In this document: piece after piece, positions 1-63,467 of the stretch
Position numbering within the stretch: position 1 is the first letter of the stretch
Layout of the letters: each line of letters opens with the position of its first letter
Source: Euglena gracilis
Taxonomy: Eukaryota
Assembly (NCBI GenBank): GCA_039621445.1
Contig: CP154954.1
Span: forward strand, 10,435,521-10,499,520
Reading direction: 5' to 3'
Length of the DNA: 64,000 nt
Notes under the pieces: model-generated
What the model was told of the DNA's origin: nothing
The model's input: only the letters and a program-made list of their open reading frames with translations
Database searches by the model: none
Position numbers and translations under genes: made by a program

Positions 1-14865
<14,865 letters not shown>

Positions 14866-15229
14866 CCCGTCCCGGCTCCCCCCTCCCCCTTTCGTACCGC
14901 AAACCTGCAAATGTGGTGCCTTGGGTTTCTCGAGGGGCCGCGCCATGCCACTCTGCACTTCTCGAAAACAAGGGTGTATTATATTGACCGCGGAACTTCG
15001 ACCCCATGGGAGACAAATCCATCGGTTCGCCGTCCAGATTTCCCGTTCACCAGAATGGTGTTCGTCATTGTCACCAGGTTCGATGGTAAATAGCATCCCT
15101 GTGGCATTCATACCAGGGAAATCCGCGAACGACAGAGGCGGCAGTTTTGGTCCAATTCATGAACTCTGCAGTATTTTTTTGCACTGTGTCTGCTCCTGAT
15201 CCGTTTGCCGGCGCAGATCCGTTTGCCAT

Positions 15230-18200
15230 ATGGAGCCCTCCCACGTTTTCTTTGTGTTGGCGCTCGTCCCGGTCTTGCTGCTGGGGGTGTTCCGGCCCTT
15301 CCACACCATCCCAGAGGGCCATGTCGGTATGGGCGTGCGTTGCGAGGCACATGTTATGTGTCCATCCACCCATCTCAGACTGAAGATGATTTTTTTGAAA
15401 TTATTCCCTGCCCCCCTTGAGGGTTTAGGGGCTTTTCAAATGCAATTTTCCCATCTCCATTGTACTCCAGCAGCAACAAACTCCCACACCAGAGGCTGTG
15501 TTGCATGGGGAGACAAAGGCAATCATGAAAATACATATGTCCAGTGTATAATTGTCATTCTCAATATTGGATGGAAGCCTGATTGGCGACCTGTCTGCCG
15601 TCGTCGGCGTGTCGCTGGCTGAGCCGTGCTCGTGGCCCCAGGCATCTACTGGCGCTTTGGGGCCCTCGTGGACTCGGTCACGGAGCCCGGCCTCCACATG
15701 CACAACCCCTTCGTCACCCGCGTGGCCCACGTGCAGGTCCTCTGCTTTCAAGCTGCCCAGATCGTTCCTGAATTTCCAGACACAAACGTGGCACGCAACT
15801 GTCTATCGTGGGGGGGTCGTACTTTCTTCCGAAAGGGAGACCAAGATTAACCTTTTTTGGGGGGAAACGGCATGCTTGCCATCGTAGATTCCAAAAAGAA
15901 GGGGAATAATCAAGCTTTTAATATTGACCGATAGCAATGGGTAAACAGCAACCTTGTAATTTTACCTTGGGGTTTGGTCTGATTTGCATCGTGCTTTTTC
16001 GCAGGGAGTTGCTTCAATTTGGGCAGGGATCGTTTCGCGCCTGGGTTTGGCTCCCGCTATTCGGGAAGTGTTGGTCTAACTCACCAGCACGGCTTGCATT
16101 TTGTCCGAGAAAATTTTTGGGTTGCGCAGCGACCAGTTATTAATGGTTCGTTCTGATTCCCTCGCATTCTTTCTTGGCGCTGCCCTGCACACGAAATGTG
16201 ATTTGTGATTTGTGATTTGTGATTTGTGATGTTGTGTGATTTGTGCCTGTCTTTGCAGACAACTATGCAGACCGACGTAGTCCGCGACATCCCATGCGGC
16301 ACCAGTGGGGGTGTGATGATATACTTCGACAAGGTGTGTCGCCTGCGCCACTATGGGCACTTTTTTGTTTTGGAAGTAACCTGGGCAAAGGGGCCCGGTA
16401 GGTGGCTAACGCTTTTAATCTCAGGCCGGGCGGGGCGGGTTCGTTCGACTTCTGTGGGAGTTTATTGGGTTTGGGGTGGGTGACGCACAATTCTGGGGTG
16501 GGTGTGGCCATTTCAAGCCTGCAATCCAGCTCGCCCCAAAACCGACCCCCCTCCATCTCTCTCAGGTCTCTCTCAGGTCTTAAAACCCCCTCTGGAACCC
16601 CTCTGGAAGAATCTGAGAAGGAATGAAAGTGAATGAATGCATCAATTCATATGAAAATGCCCACCGGCCACTTTCAATATTTTTTATGTTTGTCACCAGT
16701 AGCATCTTCTTCCGTTTATTTGTCATTTATGATGGATCACTCGTTGTCGTGGCCGTGCCGCAAGTGTACGCAAATTCAGGTCCATGTATCATCGCTGTGG
16801 AAACTTTTTTTCAAGAAAAAAGAAAATTATATTTACCTTTTTCTGCTACATAATGTGGAAAATGCCCCCCAAATACAAACCACCCAAGGATATAAAAACT
16901 CTGGGAAACCCCTGGAAAACCCCTGGGAAATGTGATTTGACAACCAAATGTAATATCCTCCAAATGCAATATGGGGAGCATGACAGGCACCACGCGAGCG
17001 GCGTGAGATGGGGAAAACCCCTAAAATGTATCATTTTGCGGCAGTTTTGGTAATGAATTTGACATTTTTGGCCCCAAAGACGGTGACCAACAAAAAATCT
17101 TGAAAATAGTGGAATTTCGGCAAAATACGGTCAAAATTGTTTTGGGAAACATATGCTCTTTTGGTCGCGGAAGTTTTACCACCCGTATATAACCCCCTTG
17201 GGGTCTAAACATCCCGCTCAAATATGAAACGGAGGGAAGCCAGACCACAAATTTTGCAAGGAATAATTAATTTTTCCTTTGGACATTTCCAGCAATCCTT
17301 TTTTCAATGGAAATATATTTTCATCGGCCAGTTCCTCCCAAATAAAATTATTTTTGAAAAAAAATTAAATAAATGATTTCGCATTCTTAACACCGTGTTT
17401 TTTTGATTGTGTGCTGCAACCGCGTCTCGTTTTGACGGCGTTGTCTGGTTCCCAAGGCAGCATTTCTTCTCCAGAACGAAACCCCCCCCCCAAAAAATGG
17501 TCAGCCCCCGGGTCTCCATCGGACCATTGCTTAACACCTGTCCCACCCCCCCCCCCGGGGGGTGACTGACCGGTTTTTTCAGAGTGACTGACTGGTTTTT
17601 TGGCCGTGACCCCCCTCCCCCCGGGGGTGGGGTAGGCCAGAAATCACCCAAAAATGGCTGAGTGGCCAACCAGCGCCGAAGGCGCCAGAGAAAATTTTTG
17701 GCCAAAAATGGCCTTGAAAGGCCAAAAAGTGCCTGATTTTCCTAAGTGGTCGACCCCCCCCCGGGGGGTAAAGTGACTGACTGGTTTTTCCAGAGGGTTC
17801 ATGGCGCCAAAGGAAATTTCGGCAGCGCCTCCCCACCAAAAAAAAAAAGTGCACATGTCCCTCAGATCGAGGTGGTCAACCTGCTGAACAAAACCAACGC
17901 GCTGAACACGATCCGCCTGTACGGAGTGGACTACGACCGAGTGTGGGCGAGGCCTCTTTTAAAGGAAGCCACAGCCCCCCCCCCCCAGGGCTGAACGGCA
18001 GGCAGGGGGGGTTGACCCCCCACCCACCACAGCACGCATCGAAAAATTGTTTCGGCGCCAAAGGAAAAATGTGATGAATCAATTTGATCACCTCGAAACC
18101 CCGCACGGACCCCCTACCAGGATGGGGGTGGGGGGTGATCGACCCACCACCCGTGGGATTTTGGGGGATTCCCGTACACCCCCCTCCACACAACCCCCCC

Positions 18201-21200
18201 CCCCCCAAACCCCATGTTGGGGGTTTGTGGGGGGTTGCACGGCAAGGTCTTGAGAATGGGAAATGTACGTTGCGGTAAAGTCGCTGGGGACCCAGCCGAG
18301 ATCCAATTGCCGGGGATGACTGCAAAGCCCCCCTCCGTTTTTTAAAAACGATGCCTGGTGCGGATCTTCGACAAGATCCACCACGAGATCAACCAGTTCT
18401 GCTCGAAGCACTCCTGTCCGGGGCAATTCTGATCGCAGGAAGTGTGGTGGGGGCTGTGGGGGGTCCGCGGCTTGGTAAACATTTTATCATCATAATAATG
18501 TTTTTTTTCGCCTAATTGTATGCTTTTTTTGCGTCAGAAATATTCCCCAAAAAAATGATTTGATTAGCCTCGCAAGTCTTTTTCTAAAGCACAGGGAAGT
18601 TGCTATTCTACCAGAAACACACCCTCCCGAGGGGCTCCCGAGGGGTGGATGGGTGGGTTTTCGAGATTGGGTGGGTGGGTTGGGGCCGCTGGACTCCCAT
18701 GGGGTGCGATGGGCCCGGCCAAAGGCCAGGCTGGAAAACAGTTTTGGAGGGCTTCCGGGCGATTTTGGTGGGTTTTGTGTGCATGGGTGGGTGGGTGGTC
18801 GGCATTTAGGGATGGTCGGTGGGCAAGGGACACTTTTTCTTTTTTGAATACCGACCCACCCACCCACAACCTCCCCTGGGGATCCACCCCCGGTCAGGGG
18901 TTGCAGTTCAGGGGAGCCCCCCCCCCCCCCGGTGCGTTATTTGGGCACCCGAACTGGGGCCCCAGGGGGGGGGTTATTTGGGGGGGGTGTTATTTTTACA
19001 CGGAAAGCCAAAGGAAACCCCGAGGGTGTGGTATTTGGGCGGGGGGGTGAAATTTGGGGGGGAGGGTACGACCTCCCCCTGGTCGGGGGTTGTGGCAGGG
19101 GAAGGAGAAAGGCCACAAAGCACCTCAACACATACAAAAAAAACCCAAAAAAAATGCAAAATGCAAGGTGTACGTAAATTCTCTTATTTCTCTGCTGGAA
19201 GCATATTTTTTAGGACCGGGGGGAGGGGGTCCAGGCCATAGATTCAATGACCAGCCCCTCCCCCTGCCCCACCCACCAGGTTTCTACAACCCCCGACTAG
19301 GAGGGTCATACAACCAGGTGCCAAACACCACTATCTTCCCTTTGTTACGGACCTTGGACCTGTGAATTGCGGCGATTTGACGATTGTTCGATCTGGGGGG
19401 GGGTGGACCCCCCCTTTTGCCCAGGGGCAAGCTTCACTCTTACCCATAAAGGGATAAGAGCTCAGCGACCCCCCACTTATAACCCCTGGGGGTTGCAGGA
19501 CCCTATTTGCTGGTAGGCCCCCAGGAGGGGATACAAGTGGGGGACGGTTGTCAGTCGAGGCTTGCTGTGTAATCGGAAGACGTCCAAAAAGGATGATTTT
19601 TGGCACTGTCTGATATATAAAAAGAAAATAATCTACTGAGGCTTTGTAGGACTGTAAAAAAAAGGCAAAGTTACTCTCAAAACCAATAAAGAGAAAAACT
19701 AAATAAAAAATTGGAAATTTTCAATTTAGACAAAATTAAACTTTGATTTAAGAAACGCCAAAAAATTAAAAAAATGCCATAAAAGTTTGAGCCGCTTAGG
19801 GGAATTAGGCCAACGGCGTTCCTCATGCCCCACCTCCACCTCGGGGGTCATTCAGAACCGCCCCGCCCCCTGCGCGATGTGTATATTGAAAAGTTTGAGA
19901 CGTTAGATGAGGCCTTGGCACAGTCTCTGCAACGTGATTGCGACTCTTACGGCACGGGTGTGCTCCAAACTCAAGTACCAGAAGCCTGACAATCCCAAAA
20001 ATGGGGGGACGCAACTTGGACCCTCGAAAATGCGACACAAAAGAAAATAAACACACAAAAAAACGCTAACCCCCCCAAATAATAACCCCCCCCCCCGAAT
20101 AATAAACCCCCCCCCAAATAATAAACCCCCCCTGAGGACCGACTTCGGCCGCCCAAATAATAAACCCCCCCCTCTGGCAGGTGTGAGGGCAAAGAAAAAA
20201 AGAGTCAAAAATTAGCAGAAATGTTGCAAAAAATCACAAAAATGGATCAAATTGGTGCAGAAAATATGCCAAAAAAAGCAGCCAGTTTTCAAAAAAGCCA
20301 AAAAATGCCAAAAAAGTGACCATTGGAGCCTGTGGAGGGGTTTTCGGGTCGAATTTTGACTTCGAAATTTTTGCCCAAATAATAAACCCCCCCAAATAAT
20401 AAACCCCCCCTGGACCCCGACTTCTGGTGTCCAAATAATAAACCGGGGGGGTTTATTATTTGGGGGGGGGGGGTTAGTTGCATGGGAATTCTTCCAGGAA
20501 CTCCCCCGGATCCCGGATGTATATTTTCCTGCTGGAGAGAACTTCGAGAAAAAAAAATCACTTTCTCCAGGGAAGATTTTTTCCTCATGCAACCATATTC
20601 TGGTGTAGATAAGGTTATGCAACTGCTGATTCCAGAATTATGCATTTTGTTATCAAAAAAAGTTCAAAGTACAGAAATTTAGCAAAAGTCGAAAAAAAAT
20701 CCCAGCAAAAAATCCAACCTCGCCGGGAAAAGGAACCCAAAATAGCACAAAAAGGCGAAAATCGAAGCACAAATTTCGATTTTGATTTTCAGCAAACGCA
20801 AAAAAATGCAAAAATAATAAAATGGAAACGTGTTTGCATTCCCCCCCCCTTCCTGCCAATAGCTTAATTTTAACCCTCACTTCCTCAAACCAAACCTTTT
20901 CCCTTTCAGAGAGTGGAGAGTGTAGTATTCTGTCTCTCGTCCCCTGACATATGGCGACATACATATCCAACAAAAATCTCAACAAAAATAATTCATTCTG
21001 TATTTTACTGTGAAGGGTGACGTGTGTGTTTTTTTTTCATTTGCTCCGTTTTATCCAAATTCATGCGCATAAAACCCCCCAAAATAAGACCCGGATCTTA
21101 TTTTTGGGTCCGGTGCTGGAAACCTCCAGGGGGGGGGGGGGTCTTATTTTTTTGATTTTTGCTCGATCGGCCTAAGGGGGGGTCTTATGTTTGGGGGGTT

Positions 21201-24200
21201 TAGCTGTTGCTTAAATAAAATGAAATGATGAAATTAAGTGAAATTAAATGAAATTGAATGAAATTGAATGAAACTAAATGAAATTGAAGAGTTTCTGAAA
21301 TTATCTCCGTGGGATGGCCGCAGGGATCCGCATCATCACCATCCGGGTGACGAAGCCCCGCATCCCGGACTCCGTGCGCAACCACTACGAGGAGGTGGAG
21401 AAGAACAAGGCCCGCCTGCTGGTGGCGCAGCAAATCCAGCCTGGAACGCATCTTTTTTCCTGTGCCCACCTTTTAGCGTCTGTCACACCGTCAGAATTAC
21501 GCACGTGAAGAAAGGCGTATTTCCAATTCAATTTTTTGTGTTTGTCAGTTTTTTCCCCCATTTCTTTAATTTTGCATCGCCCTGTTTCCAGTTTAAACCC
21601 TCCCCCCGAATAATTTGCCCCCAAAGTTAGTGGACCGATCTTTTTTGCCCTCATCCCCTGCAAAGGCATTTGGGTGGTACCTAAAACCAGTGGTGGAATT
21701 TCCATTTTCCCAAGGAGAATTTGTTAAATATTATTTTTTTTGTTGATGATTGTGCATAATTTAATGCTTCTGTCCATCGGCCAATAGAACATTATGGCAT
21801 TTTGGACGATTTTTTGTGCTTACAGCTGCCTGATTTTCCAGAACGATGCATTTTTTTTATGTTTTTTCCTTTGTGAATAGAAGTTATTTTGACGGATCTT
21901 TTTGGGGATTCCCCCTTCAAAGTCACTTGGACATGCACAGTTGTAGGACACTGCAAAGTTATTTCGGGAGGTATGCATGGTACCAGACGGAGGGCGTTTA
22001 GTCACCAACAAATCAACATATTTGTTCTACCTGATTATTCTATTTTTATAGATGAAATGTTCAAATGGGAAACGGCCAGGTTGGTGGCATCAATTATGTT
22101 TTATATAATATATATAAATATATAAAATAAGTATATTTTTTTTATTGTGCGAGCCCTGGTTGCGGGCTCCCACAATATGCCCGGGCCAATGGTGCCCGCA
22201 ACCAGGCAGGCACCGACCCCTCCCCATGAACACACAATCAACGCTTGGCATCCCCCCAAAACAGCAGACCAACGGGGTGTGGTTCAGGGATTTTTTTAAG
22301 TTTGGACCCCCGGAGGGGGGGGGTAGGGTGGATGGGTCCGGCCGAGCCCCCCCCCCCCCGGGGGGGGGGGTTCCCCCGGAGGGGGGGGGGAGATACTTTT
22401 CGGCGCCGCAGGCGCCGAAAAATTCTATTTTTAGCACTTTTCGCGATTTTCGGCCATTTTTTGTGGGTCCCCCGGACCCCCCCCCCCCCCCCCCGTCTTA
22501 AAAAAAACCCCTGGTGTGGTTGCCTGTTGCAATTGGGGCCACAACCTCGTTCGGGGCTGCCGGGGACCAGGAGGTGGTGATGAAGAAGGAGGAGACGCTG
22601 CGCATCCAGGAGCGCATCCGCGCGGAGAAGGAGGCGGAGATTGCGAAGATCAACGCGGAGAAGGAGGCGCGGGCAGGGCGGCACGGGAACCCAGAAACCC
22701 CCCCTCAACGTGTTGGGTGAGGGCGGTTCCGACCCCCCCCCCCCGCACGTCCCAGGCTGGGGAGTTGGGGCGGCAGGGTATTGAGTGAATGTTGGATTTG
22801 CGCGAGAAGGAGAGGGGGTTGAGAGTACCCCCCCCCCCTCAAGACCCGAGGGGGGTCCAGGATCCCCCCTCGGAACCAAAAAAGGATTTTCTCCAGCGCT
22901 TCACGCCAGGGAAGGTAATTTTTGGGTGTATATTTTGGCCAATTTTTTTTTGAAAATAAAGTCCAAGAAAACGCAATTTTTGGCTTTTTTTCAGCACCAA
23001 AAAGAAATCGGCGCCTCGCACCGGAAAACCTTATGTATGGAGGCAGTGAGAGTTCGGCCCACCCCCCACCCCTCCCCCCCACTCATTGAATTCCCTGTGC
23101 CGACCCCCACCAGGCTCACCCGGACAGCCCTGGGCACAGGTGTCCCTTATCAAGGAGCGGTCCGTCACGGAGCAGCAGGTGGGGCGGCCTGGCTTGACGG
23201 AAACAGCCACCTCTTTCATGGTTATAAAAAGCAAATTCAGAAACCGAATTTTGTGCAAGGTTTTTCAAAATTAAATGAAAAGATTCGCAACGTTCACAAT
23301 ATTCACAAAAATGCTCACAAAAACCCTGCAAAAATGCCACAAATGTCGCACATTGTATTATGTCTAAGGAAATGTCACGAATAATCACAAATAATCACAA
23401 ATAATTAAGAATCAGAATGAAATGGTTATCAGCACAAGTCTGTGGGAGATCCTCCACTTTTAGACCCTCAACTCTTTTAACATGAAACAAATCAACCTTG
23501 CACCCCATGCAATATTCGTCTTCGTGGATTTTTTTTTGATTGTGATATGACCATCATACCACACATGAATCAAAGCAACCCAAGAAGGGTGATGTAAAGA
23601 TTCACCGACACGAAACATATCAGAACAATTTGCATGTGCGAAAACTCGTGCTTCTCGGATTGCATTTTTTGCAAATGCTATTTAGCACCTTCAACATTCA
23701 ATGAATGAGTGTTATCTCCGCATATCGTGTTGTATTATCCCCGCTGGTCCTGCTGTTTTGGAATAGTTTTCGTTATTTTTTGCAACCCTCTGGTGCTTTG
23801 GGCTCAGTGACACGGGGTGCATTGCCCCCCCCAAAGTGTGGCGCTGCACACCCACTCCCTCCCCCGTCTGACAGGAGGCACAGGCGAACCGGGCAGCCAC
23901 GGTGTCGCGCATCACGCAGGAGATGCAGCTCGCGGAGAAGCGCGCGGCGCTGAACCGCACGCAGCTGGAGAGCAGAGTCTTTTTTGAAGGTTGATGACCT
24001 GTGAGCGTCCATCAAACCCCGGGGGGGGGGGCAGGGATTATGTTCGAGTTGGAGGGGACCCCCCCCCAGGGAGGCCAGCCAGCCAACATCTTGTTTTCCC
24101 AGCCAACAGCTCCCAGCTGGGCTAACCCCCCCCCACTTATAAACCCCCCCACCTATAAACCCCCCCCTCGGGCCGACCAACCAAACCGGGACCTATTAAC

Positions 24201-27200
24201 CCCCCCCCCGGGGAAGAAAAATGGAAGCCGCTGGGGACGATTTTTTTTGGCCGCAGACCACCCAAAAACTGAGTTTTTGGCAATTTTTGAGACCGACCAT
24301 CTTCAAAATGCCATTTTTGTCCAAATTTGCCGAAAATTGCCATTTTCGGGGGTTTTCAGCGGTCGGATTTTCACCAACAATTCCGGGACCTATAAACCCC
24401 CCCCCTGTAACCCCCCCCTTCGGCCGGCCAACCAAACCGGATCGTATAAACCCCAGGGGGTTTATAAGTGGGGGGTTTACAGCCCCCCCCCCCAAGGTCA
24501 GCTGAAAGTTTCGGCCAGCCCGGCAAAGCCCGGCTGGACCAGAAAAATTTCGGAGCTTTGCGCCGACGTTTCTTGAAAAGGGGTCAAAAATGGCTATTAT
24601 GAATGGCATTTTTGAGTGGTTTGGGGGTGTTCACCTGCAAACTTTCGTTTAAAAAGTGTCAAGCTGGGGGCTTCGGGCTCTTTTGCCTATTTTGGGGGTA
24701 CCCGGCCAGTTCAGCTGCTAGCGGGCCTAACCTCCCCCTCGACCCCCCTCCCCCCTAAGGGGGGCGGTCCAGCCCAGGACCTTTTTCCCGGCCAGCACCT
24801 TTTTTTCAGCCGACCCATGGGACCACCCCCCCCACCAAGGTCTTGAAGAAAACCCGTTGGGGGTTGCGGGACTTTATTGATGTAGTTTAATTTCTGTCCA
24901 AGCGCCCGACGTGCAGCCAGATAGAAATAGAGTTTTTTTTGTTCTGGAAAGTGCCAAACCCCCCTGACTCCGAAACTCAAATTGGTGGTTGATACAATAA
25001 ATTTGCATGTTTTTTTTTTGCATTTTTGGTTATTTTCAGGCCAGTTGGACCCCATTTCCGCCCCAGTCTCACATTGTGCCCCAGTCCAGTGGATTGAGAA
25101 AAAATGAATTTGTGAATTGGAGGGGGAGCTAACAGTAGGTGGATATGGCCCGTTGGCCCATTATTAGAGCGGGCCGTCGGCTGACGGCTGTCTAGCCTCC
25201 TCGACTCGCCCACCTTCGCCACCTGCGACTCGTCAGCCGGGGCTCTGCCCAAGCAGCCCGTATTTCCCAGCCTCTGAGCTCACCACCCTTCCCCGGGGGT
25301 CGTTGGGCGGCGCTCTTGGGGGATGGGCGCTGATGATTTGAGGGGTTCTTCCAGGGACTCAGTCGGGGGGGGGGGGTTCTTTGTTCAAGTTTTCGGGGCC
25401 TGGTGGCGGTATACCGACTCCGGGGGGGGGGGCATTTTTGCCAAAAAGGGGGTTCTTTGCCGGAGGTGTCAATACTTGGGTCAACATGTTTTTTCAGCGC
25501 CAGAGGAATTTTTCCAGACATGGTGCTGTGGTGGGAGGGAGGTCCCCCCCCACCCGAAATTCCCGGACAGCCCAGGCCCTCCCCCCCCCGGATCCAAAAT
25601 GGCCTCTGCCGGGGAGCGACATCTTGCAGGTGAGGCAGCGCGCAGAGGCCGACGCCCGCCGCTACACTGCGGAGACGGAGGCCGCGACGTTCCGGCCAGG
25701 GCCGCCCCCCCCCCAGCAGGGGGGGGACGCAATTTTTTTTGCATTTTTTGTGGGTTTTTTGATTTGGCAAAATTTGCAATTTTTTGCATATTTGTGTGTT
25801 TATTAGCATTTAGCTGTGCGTTTTTGCATCGCGTTTTTTTGAGGTCCCATGTTCTGTTTTCCCCCACCCTCCTCCCAGCGTCAGTCATGGGTCTGGGCTG
25901 TTCACCCGGTTTGAGGGGCTGGGTCGTTGCCGCACGGGTGGTGGCGATCGCCTCGGCCAAGTACTCGTAAAGCGCACCGGCGCACCGTTTGGCCCCGGGA
26001 GCAGTGACTCGGCGTCGGGTCTGGTGCCCATCCAATCACTGTGGGGGCGGGATGGGAGCGTTCGACACTTGAGAGACCTCCGCTTCTCAGAACCAGAACC
26101 ATTTCTCTCAGAAGTTGGGGTCGCCGTCATTTTAGCGACCTGTGCTGCAAAGCTGTTGACGGTCCCATCCCCACCGTCTTTTGCTCTTTCTTCCCCCTGA
26201 ATCTTCCGTGGTCAAAGCTTTCCTGTTAATTACCGGTGTGGCTGCTGGGGGAGCTGAATGAAGTGCATGGAAATCATGGCAGGATTGCGCCCCCCCCCCA
26301 TGTCCAATGAACCCGGGGGCGTCCGGACCGTCTAGATTGTTGTCTGTTGCAGCAATTCAGTGATAAGTGGGCCCCATGCCCCATGAACGTTCCCCGTCCG
26401 TACCGTCTAGATTGCCATTTTGTGTTCATTGGGCTTGGGGGGGAGCAGGAATAGGCCATAACAACCGGTTTTGTGATTGGGGAGGCCTTGGGGAAAGACG
26501 GGGGGTAGGGGGCAGGGAGGGGTAGGGGGGGAGGGTGGATATCGATTTTCCACAATTTTCCGCAATTTCCGCAATTTTCCGCAAATTCCGCAGTTTTTCC
26601 GCAATTTCCGCAATTTTCCGCCATTTCCCCAATTTTCCGCAATTTCCGCAATTTTCCGCAGATTCCGCAATTTTTCCGCAATTTCCGCAATTTTCCGCAA
26701 TTGCCCGGGGGGGGGGGGCTCGATGCCAGCCGATGCCAGGCGGTGCATCTCCAGCGAGGGTGGGCCCTGGGGCCAGAAGCGCCTAACGCCGGAGTTCATG
26801 CAGTGGTCCCTCATCCAGGCGTTCGCGCAGAGCCTCGGCAACAACACCAAGTTCTTCTTCGGCGAGAAGGTCGACGCCCCGATCTTCCCCCCACCCTCCC
26901 GGCTTGATGTTGGGCGGCATTTCACGACCCGCAGGGGTTTCACATTTGGTGAGGAAGCCCCAAGCTATATGCGCATTTCATCCAAATGGAATATGTTACA
27001 AAATGGACCTTGGGGAAAGAAGCACCCCCCCATTTAGACCGACACCCCCCGTCCTTCTTCCTCCCCAAGGCTGTACGAAAATCCCCACAACCCCATGGGT
27101 GGTGGGTGGGGGTCCGACCCCCCCCCCACCAGGCTTTCCCGTCCAGCCCTGCTCGCCCCCCTGCTGCGCTCTCTCCAGGTCCCCACGGCGTTCCTCAATT

Positions 27201-27277
27201 TCGCCCACGCAGCCACGGGCAGCATGTCCAGCTTCAATTTCATGGAGAGCCTCGGCGGAGAGAACAAGCAGCGGTGA
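15230..27277 (+). CDS. ERLIN: Erlin (ER lipid raft-associated SPFH/band-7 protein), complete, 13 exons
   Basis: Exons: 15230-15326, 15642-15736, 16259-16333, 17866-17945, 18363-18415, 19871-19957, 21324-21433, 22565-22670, 23138-23178, 23875-23969, 25614-25693, 26775-26869, 27179-27277. N-terminal hydrophobic anchor, then [107 protein letters not shown], all erlin hallmarks. 6 GT-AG and 6 nonconventional introns, all joining in frame. Confidence 0.95.
17946..18362 (+). other. Nonconventional intron (erlin), family-A-like termini
   Basis: ggc-gAGGCctcTTTTAAA ... TTTAAAAAcgatGCCTG-gtgcg; flanks gtgtgggc/gtgcggat; joins DYDRV-W-IFDK. Confidence 0.85.
18416..19870 (+). other. Nonconventional intron with GT start (erlin)
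   Basis: gtc-CGGGGCaaTTCTGA ... TCAGAAccGCCCCG-ccccc; joins SKHS-L-RDVYIE. Confidence 0.85.
20067..20476. mobile_element. TA-flanked MITE (Tc1/mariner-pogo-like); related copies 3457-3545, 5133-5344, 21070-21202, 24123-24479
   Basis: TA-acccccccaaataataa ... ttattatttggggggggggt-TA. Confidence 0.75.
21434..22564 (+). other. Nonconventional intron (erlin)
   Basis: atc-CAGCCTGGAACG ... CGTTCGGGGCTG-ccggg; joins LLVAQQ/DQEVVM. Confidence 0.85.
22285..22513. mobile_element. Family-A hAT-like MITE nested in a nonconventional intron
   Basis: TIR cagggatttttttaag / cttaaaaaaaacccctg; perfect 8-bp TSD gtgtggtt. Confidence 0.9.
22671..23137 (+). mobile_element. Family-F MITE forming an entire nonconventional intron of erlin
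   Basis: ggg-CAGGGCggcacgggaa ... ccccaccaggctcacccggacaGCCCTG-ggcac; flanks ggcgcggg/ggcacagg (6/8); joins EKEA-Q-VSLIK. Confidence 0.8.
23970..25613 (+). other. Nonconventional intron (erlin)
   Basis: gag-CAGAGtctTTTTTG ... CAAAAtggcCTCTG-ccggg; flanks ctggagag/ccggggag (6/8); joins TQL-E-SDILQ. Confidence 0.85.
25694..26774 (+). other. Nonconventional intron (erlin)
   Basis: ggc-CAGGGCC ... GGCCCTG-gggcc; joins [11 protein letters not shown]. Confidence 0.85.
25717..25870. mobile_element. Family-D MITE (CAGGGGGG termini, T-rich core)
   Basis: Similar to 813-963; 8-bp flanks ccccccag/cctcccag. Confidence 0.6.
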
Positions 27278-27748
27278 CCCCCGTGGAAATTGTCTGCACG
27301 CACACTCGACGTCACCGCTGCCAATTTTCTGGTGCCAGGCCTTTGGTCGACCAGCGTTTGGAGGAGCTCATCAAGTTTTGGCCAGCGCCACCTTTCCTCA
27401 ACCCGTTTTTCGACGCCTTTTTTTGGCCAATTCTTGGCCGCTTTTTCAAATCTTCAGAACAAAAAGGTTCAAAACATTGAATTGAGCTCCAGCTGACTGT
27501 ATTTTGGTTTGGCTGGAGATGGCCAATTTGGCCAAAGCTGGGCTCAAAATAATTGCGCAATCATCATCCAAAATGCCGCAAAATTAAGCAGACATTCCGA
27601 GACCGAAAATTGAAGCCGCTAAACCGTCCTATCCCACGATTTCTTCCCCATTCCCCGCAGATATGCCCAATTTACGCCACCACATTTTTACAAAAATGTC
27701 CAAAAAAAAACAATTTTTTATGAAAATTGTTCAATTTTTTTATTTTTT

Positions 27749-62985
<35,237 letters not shown>

Positions 62986-63062
62986 TGATCAAAATGATCG
63001 AGCCAGGAAAAGAAAACACACACACACACACAAACGCACACACGCATGCGCATGCGCACACG

Positions 63063-63467
<405 letters not shown>

